A stretch of 64,000 nt of DNA from a virus. Each line of letters opens with the position of its first letter. Position 1 is the first letter of the stretch. The notes under the pieces are model-generated. The model saw only the letters and a list, made by a program, of their open reading frames with translations, searched no databases and had not been told where the DNA came from. Shown here piece by piece: positions 29,502 to 38,500 of the stretch. The position numbers and the translations under genes were made by a program. The stretch spans positions 14,635-78,634 of the IMG/VR virus record IMGVR_UViG_3300035689_000007; one strand, given 5' to 3'.

Positions 29502-32500
29502 TTATAGACTTCCTCTTGTCCTAAGTTGTAGTATCGTGTCCGTTTTGGCTATACCACTACTATATAATTCCATTACTCCAGATGGAGAAGCTAAACCACT
29601 AGCTATTAGTGGCATATTGCCAGAAGATTGTAATAAATTGAATGTATACAAATCCATCATATTATACACATTATTGCTTTCTGGACCATAATTCACTAGT
29701 GATAAAGAGCCAGAAACAAATGGTGGAGCGCCATCTACAAATAGATTTATATCTTCATATACAGGCGTTCCATGTAAAAATGATCCACGAATATGTTCAA
29801 TATACGGTCTATGTACAACATAACCGCGAGGAACCTTATCTTGTCCAGACGCCTCTATAAATATTTCTCCATTAATATTTGATAATACAATTCCATTAAA
29901 TAATACCTTTTGATCAAAATTATTGTCATTCTTAAATGTAAATGTTGTATAATCACTTGGTTTTTGATATTCTCCATAAACTCTACCAGCAATAAATGTG
30001 TCTGGATGAGAGAATGCTGGCCTGAGACTTCTTAACATTCCGTCGAAAGCATATGTTGAACCAATATTATCAAATACATTTCCACTAGTTGAGAATGGAT
30101 GGTTCATAGCCCCAACTGCTAGTATATAGTCTCCATCGACTCTTCTAGCTCTATCTATTGCTATAGCGTTTCCAAAGAATGTATTTTCTCCAGAGTTTTG
30201 AATTCTAGCATATGGACCTTGTGCCACAAGTTTGTGTATGGGAGTCCACTCTTGAGTTTTAGAACCCCAATTATTAATTTTGTTTTCATATGTAAATACA
30301 GCGCCGTGATTAAACACTACAGTTCCACTAGCTCCATATTGTTCTCTTTCGGAGGGGATTGCTAGATCATGTATTATTCGTTGTTGAATATCAAATTGCT
30401 CATTAAATTCTTTTCTTATGAACGGCGCTGGCGTGTCTTCTGAATAGTTTTCAAACCTATGGCAAGGAGCAGATATAGCTAATATATCTCCATTTAGAGC
30501 TATGTCATATCCAAACATATCTGATACGAACGCTAGATTCTTTAATTTATCATTAGAATAATTATTGTTACCAATAACTGTAGAAGAGTTGGATGTTGTT
30601 AATCCGCTAAAACCAACACTTATTTCTTCTGGTCTAAACTTTCTTGTTACCGTCCAAGGTATTCCAGTTGTTTTTTGCTTAGACAGATTTACAGAACCAA
30701 GACCACTTCCAACATTTCCAACCTTTTCAATTAAATATACTGCGCCAGCACCGCCGTTGAATCCTACTTCTTTGCCATGCTGCATACCGCTAGCAATAAT
30801 AGTAGACCAAGGAGTAATTTCTTCCGTATTGTATGGTGAGAATGGAGCGCCAACATATACTTTGTCTTTATGTATCTTTACAGAATATCCAAATAAATCT
30901 CCGGGATATCCAGAATAAAATACATCTAAGTCTAAATGATCTTTTCCGATAGCTCTTAGTATTGGTGGAATTCTACTATAAATTCCAGCGTCTCTATAGA
31001 GAGTTCCATTATATGTATCTTGTATTTTAGATGTAGATCCGTAGTGTTGTTCAACTATGTTAAAATTATCTATATACCAAGCTTGTCTTAGTGCCGCTTT
31101 TTCTTCTTCAGTATATGGTGGAGGTGGAGATAATTCAATTCTAAAGTGTCCGATATCGCTATTGAATAATGGCAACATTGGATCAGTTGGTTGTGGCGGT
31201 TTTTTACCGGCTATTTCTATTTTACCTTCTAAATCACTATATTTTGTAGCTGGTAAGCTGTTACTTGTAAATTGACCAAAGCGATAATTTAATCCACTGT
31301 TTTCTGGATAAGCATTAACTAATCTACTTGGACTTGATCTTTCTGGTGATATAATCTTAAATGCTGTTTCATATTGTCTTCCAGATCTTGTTGTATTAAA
31401 ATTAGTATTTGGATATAGACTTGCTAGGAACCAAGCTAGATTTGGATTAATAGTATTTCCACCTTCGGACAGAATTGTTCTACCTTGTATTAAACTGGGA
31501 TCACTTATAACTGTAATTCTAGATTTATTATATCCATTGAAATATCCACCTTGATGATAAACTGTCTGCGCCATAACTACTGGGCCGTCAGCAATATCAA
31601 CACCCGGTGTGCCATATCCTTCTGGAGGATCATTTGAACATATACGATTATTTGATATGCAATATTTAGAGCTATCTGTACTAATTTCTCTATTAAATAA
31701 TTGTGTATACGAAGTATCTGGTGTGCCGGGAATGGTAACTACTTCTGTTTCATAAATAGGCCACCTAGCTGTAGAAATAATAGTATTTGATGGTATTCTA
31801 ACACCAGAAACGCTCAACAGTCTAACAGTTCGTAATTGTTTTGGATTTTGTTGTAATGGATAGCTAGCAGAATGCGTAAAATACATATCTAGTGTTTCTT
31901 GACCAGATGGAATTTGTACATATAGGTCAAGACTATCGTATAATTCTTTTGTATATCCGGCAGACACATAAGTTTGTTTAACGTTATTATTTTCATCAGT
32001 ATCAACTAAAAGTATATTTCTTCCTACTGGTCCAATTGGTTGATTAAGAACCGACGTATTTACAAACTCTGAAGCCAAACAATTTCCAACAACTAAATTA
32101 ATTGGAGAAATTTCTAAAGAACTTTCTTTCAAAATATTGAATCTTAACTTGAATAAGTTATAGTCATCATGCTCTTCAAGTTTTTCTGGAACTGTAAACG
32201 ATACTTTAGTTATGCCAGTATTAAATTTTGGAACTCCGATAGAAAATTGTTCTGTGTCTGTAACTGGAGCGTCAAAAAAAGCTAAATTAATAGCATTCCT
32301 ATTATTAATAGGAACAAATTCATGTGTAAATCCGTTTGGTACTGGGTACGGTGGACGATCTGAATATGGAACTGTAACAGCGCCATCTCCATATCCGACA
32401 TAAGAATTACTACTTGCAAAAGAAGAATTTTCGTCTAGCCCATCATATAAATATGTGTTTGCGGCAATTGATAATGAAGATGTTAACTGGCCGATGTTAT

Positions 32501-35500
32501 CAGTTCGAATATCAGATCTATCGGCATATTTATTTTTTCCTTCTAAGAATAGCGGACTCATTGATAGTCCTAATTGTTCGCAAATATACTTTGCCACATT
32601 TGCAGATCTAACATTATAAGCAGATATTGTAGATGTCATAGAGCTAGAATCTAAATTATATGTATATGTTGTATTATTACTTATTTCATCTCCTAATGAT
32701 GGCTCTTGACCATAAGTAATTATCAATGTTTTATTTCCCATGTCTAAGAATCGTTTAATATTCTGTATATCTTCACTTGATGGCATATTGTCAGTATTAG
32801 CAATCCAAGCTGCTGTATAACCTTTAGAAATATCATATAGATCTTGTGTTAAAACATTTAAGTCGCCCATATCAATACCAACATTAGTCAATTGTGCCTG
32901 TATATCAGATTTATTATATCCATCAGTATATGAAGTTCTATTTGTAAATCCGCCAACTTGTGCAACTTTTGCATTACCATCAGCATCAGTTGCTAATAAG
33001 TTAAAGTATAGATTAATATTTCTATCGCCCGCAGAGGATAATAAAATATTTCTACTTTCATACATAGTAGCAGCAATTAAAACTATTTTTGAAGTTGTAC
33101 TATATTGTTCTGAAGCAATCATGCAAACATTGGGTTTGATATTAATCAATTTAGTTGCAGATTGATTAGAGATCGTAGATCTAGCTTGTAGTACAGCATC
33201 GTTTCCATTATATTCACTTGGATCAAAAAACAAACTATTACTTACAGTATTATTAATATTGTAGTTTAATTCTGTATAATTACTGTCATCGTTTGACCAA
33301 ATAAATGCAACGCCACTATATACAGCATTTCCAAATGTTGTTCTTACAGATGTAGAAGAATCATAACCAACTAATTTGGATCTTAATTCTTCAGTGGGTG
33401 CAGAGCCGGGAACAATTATTGTTTTAGGTATTGCTTCATATGCTGACAAGATCGGTACTGGCTCACTCTTTGTGTTGAAATTGGGATTTTTACCTCTTTC
33501 TTCTCCTTCGCAGCCCCAATCAACAATATTGTGTGTGCCATATTGAAAACCAAAATTTCTTTCATAACTTATCCATGCTGGACCTCTGGGAGTCATTATC
33601 TCACATTGATCTATATATTTGGATCTTAAATCTCCCTCATGAACAATGGGCATTTCGCACTTATCATGAAGTTCTCTATATGTTCTTTTTCTTTCAAAGT
33701 CAAAACTGAATGGATCAGAAGAACCACTTGGTGGTTTATCGCATATATATAAATCTGATATGTTTGTATCATATAATCTAATGTCTCCAACACCAGAACC
33801 TCTTAATGGAACTGGATAAGCTATGGCGGGAGTAGATTTAGCTGGTACAAAAGAGTTTTGAACATTGTAAAATGTATTTGTGTTTTGCATTAATGCTTCA
33901 TATTGATTTCTAGCAGCATAAATGCGCATATTGACATCTAGTTCTTCTAATATATAGTTAATAATGTTGTTTGAGTTAAAGTAAGCGCCATTGGCTTCCC
34001 ACTTGGGATCATTTCCAACCAAGACCAAGTGCCTATCGCCTAAAGATAACCAATCTCTAATATTGTCAATTATCTCATCGCTAGCAGCATTAATGGCTGG
34101 AGTAATTATAAAGGCGAGTCCAGCATCTTCTGGTATTTTTAAACCTTCAGCAAAACTTGTTCTAGAAAATGTATAACCCATACTATTGTATAGATTATTC
34201 ATAGTAAAACTAAATAATCCAGAATCCTGCGGTGGACTTAATAGTTCGTGTAGATTTCCAAACTTGTAATACTCTACAACCTTTTTATTGTGTGGATAAT
34301 AATTTCTACTTTCTAACAGCCTTATAGCTCCAGCATTGGTATAATTTTGCCACTGCCAAGGCTCTCCACCAAATGCAGTTTCTTGTCCAGATTTTATGTC
34401 ATATCTAAACCACGTTTGTGTGTAGTCTCTTTCGCCCAAACTGTCTGTTGGAGAACCGATAGCAATTAAAGATCCGTCTGAATTTATATCAACACTGTAT
34501 CCTAATCTTGGTGTTGGTATATAATTCGCCCAAAGGTCTGACCAAGCATCAAAACCAATAGGAACACCCATTTCATAAATTAAGTTGTACCTTTTAATTT
34601 GTAGGTTTTCTAAAAACTTGAAGTAAGCAAAGCGTAAACCTTCTGAAAACTTATTATATGTTTCTAAATTAAGATTTGCTATAGATTCTGTTATTGGTAA
34701 TTTTTCTAAATATTCACTATATAGATCATAACTTTCACCAAATGTAGCATTATTAATTTCTTCATAGTATCTAGGTTGTAAGAAAGATGTGATAAAATAT
34801 AAGCTGTTTAATAGCTGATTATTGAAGTTTTCGTTATATTCAAATACCTGCACTGAATGTGGAGAATATGGAGATCCTATAGCAATAACTTTGCCATCAT
34901 CACTTATTGCAACATCGTGTCCAAATCGATCAGAAGTATCATTTGTATAAGAAACTGGAGATTTGATTTCTTGAACAACTTTAAACTGTCCATTATTTTC
35001 TCTTTCAAAAATATAAACAGATCCACCACTTGGTGGTGGGTAATTAAATTCACCAGCATTTTCATTGAAGCTACCAAGATTATTTGCTATTAATTTTTGT
35101 ACATTGTTTTCTTGTAGTGTTTCAATATCAGTTAAATCTAATAAGCAGTTAATAGATTGTGCTATCCAATTTTCATCAACGTCAACCGTTACGTTAACAA
35201 ATCCTTCTGCCGGATCTCCATCAAAATCCACCAATCCATTATTCTTAGAATAGTCTTTATAGTAATCTATGAACTTATCTAGCGCCCCCTTTCTAAAAGG
35301 AATATTGTATCCTAAAGATTTAGAACCAAGTGATCTAGAATCATCTATATAGATTCCTAATAGCGGCGGTATGCCACTATGTATAGCGCTAGATGTTAGT
35401 GGAAATACTTCATGAAAAATATCTTTTAGTTCTTGAAGTATGACATCTTCTCGCTCTTGATATTCTGGAGTATTTACATTATAACTGAAATGTCTATGAG

Positions 35501-38500
35501 TAAGATACTTACTTACAAATGGCGGTTTTGGCTCTAAGAAATCTTTAGAAGTTTCACCAATACCAATATTTGAACCAAGCATTGGTTCGCAAAGTATTAC
35601 TTTAATATCAAACTTAACTGATGGGTCACAGAAATATCTATATACTAAATCTCTGTCTGATAGTTGATCTAAAATTTGTCTCCAATTAGCATTATCTGGA
35701 TCACTAACTAATTCGTTATTAAATACAAATAATCCTATAGTTACTGGAGTAGTTTGTATGGGAGCAAAAGTTCTACTCCACTCAGCGCCGGGTCCACCGG
35801 CAATTAAAATATCTGTATTGTTTCTACGGGCAGAATCTAATGAGTATCCTAATTGCCTTCCTTCTTGACCAACTATCCAATTAGTTCCTATACCCGTGTA
35901 CGGCAACAAGTTACCATATCTATCTCTAAAAGAGATATTCCTCTTATAAAAATAATCTCTTCTCCAACCAGTTGGTAAAACAATTTCTTGTTCTAACACA
36001 AAGTTAGATTTATCTAATTGATTGCTCCAATCATAACCACTTGGCTCTGGATTTTTTCTATAGACATAAATTTTTCCTGCATTATTAATTTCGTAATTTG
36101 TTTCATCGAAAATATTTTCATATGGACAACCAATCATAACCCTATCATCAAGAACTGTAACACTTTTACCAAATTTATTTCCAGAAGAGTTCACACTTGG
36201 TGTTAATTGTATTCCACTATATGCAACATCTTCATTTGTTCCATATTCCCATTCTGTCATTTCTCTTGGAACTTGTAGTATTTTATCTGTTCCTGTTTTG
36301 CCAGTAATAGTAATTGTGTATGGCGCTTGTGGTATTAAATTACTGAATTTTCTAATTCCATAAAAATGACCGCTATATGGAATATTAGTACCAAAGGCAC
36401 CAACATCTGGATTTGTGTAAACAGTTATTGGTCTAACGACTCCACCGTTAACACATTCTGGATCATACCACAGTGTGTCATGTGTTATAAGTTGATCTTC
36501 TTGACACTTAATAGTGCTGATTGTATCACAATTACCATAGCATATGGTTTGTACTCCTCTAATTTCATCAATCGCAGGAACTGACGCAAATTGATTATCT
36601 AATAATGAAATTTCTTTACCAAAATTTGTGCCATCCCACTTAAATGATTCTAGTTCATTATCTCTTTTGGAAATTGGTTTTACGTGATATAGATAGAGAG
36701 GAAATTGAGAATTAATGTTTTCTTCTTTTGGTCTACTGTTGATATATAAAGCAATATTTGCACTTGTTGGTTCCCAAGTTCTGTTTGGACCAAGTACATA
36801 TAAACCAATAGATTCTTCTGTTGAAATATCAAAAGCAGAAAGCGGAAAACCAGCCAACAACATAAAATTAAGTTGATCAACCGCTGGCTGATTTACATCA
36901 TCATATGAAAAGAGATTTAATGAGTTGCTTATAGTATTTTCTATTAAGCCGTTAACATAACAAATAATAGAATCTTCTTCATTGTCATATCCACCTTCTA
37001 CAAAAAGGCTCATGCCTAGTGGATTATTATTTCCAAATAAACTTCCAAAATTTGAATTCGATGTTGATGCATTGCCAACTTGAATGGTATATAATGGCAT
37101 TGATACATTACTGTTAAATACTCCAGAACTAATTAATGACATTATACCAGATTGTTCAATATATGTTACGCCGCTGGTGTAGATATTAATTTGGTTATTG
37201 AAAGCGCTAACATATCCCACTTCATATAATGGTAATGGAGCTTCTTGATAAGCTTTACCAGATTCATAAATTGGTAAATTGTTATTTATTTCATCAGATT
37301 GGTTAATTCCATTTAGTTCTATATCTACTGAGTGTAATTTAATTTGTGATTTGTTATATGTGCCAGATGGATAGATAACATCGTATTGCACAAACATTTG
37401 ATTTATGTCTTTAACAAAATAATTTTCTTCAAATTCTTTGTATGTAATAGTTTTATCGAAAAATGCCCAAGGTTCAGATTCATTATCCTTTAAATCTCCC
37501 AACTTAAACTTACTTTCTATCTTATTCCAGCAATCTTTTGGATTGAGATAATGAGTAGATCTGCTAATCAAGCCAAAATTTTTGGTTGGAAATAATACAC
37601 TTTCTTTAGATGGAGTATATAAACTAACTATAAGTTTAGCACCAGTTTTGCCATTGGGCCAATTAATAGTAGAATCACATTCATGTTGTACAACGCTGTT
37701 AACAATTAAAGAATCTTCAGCAACTATATAACTTCTTGGTAAGTTTTTAACCAATCTTGGAGGTAAAGAATAAAGCCTGTCTTCATTACCAGAAAGACTA
37801 AATCTTAACATGTCATTTTCTACTTGAGAATGATATGAAATACCAGATAAATGTATTGAGTTTGGTAATGTTAGATTGGTTCTGTCTTGATAAGTCTTTC
37901 CATCATTATAAAAATTATGATATAGATAGTCTTTTCCATTTCTAAATTTCATAATGTCATACGCAACACCAAAACTACAATATTTAAAAGCTCCTAATTT
38001 CCAATCTTCTGTTTTTTCATCAATAAATTGCCATAGTTTATTTCTATCATTTATGTGTGAGTCATTTACATTGCAAAAATGTGCTAAGTGGGTGTTGAAA
38101 AATAATTCAATATTGTCTTGCTGTTTAGAAGAATCTGGATTTGCATTATAGACTAGATTACCACCACCAGTATCATTATGAGTTGATATACCAATTTCAG
38201 AAATAAAAGCATTGATGCCTATTCCAGATCCAGAAGAATATCCAAATAACAAATCACTATTACCACTACTTAATACAAACTCATTTGATTCATCACATAG
38301 TATGTTTGTGCCACTGGCAATTGCGGCAATTTCACTATTAGTAAATAGTCTTAATTTACGAGATTGATTATCATTATAAGTCAATGCAATAGAAAGTGGA
38401 TATTGATAATTTTCATATGATATAGAATCTTGAAGTTCAATCAAGTTACCATTAGAATCTTTGGCATATGCTGAAAGATATCCATCTTTATATCCTAAAG

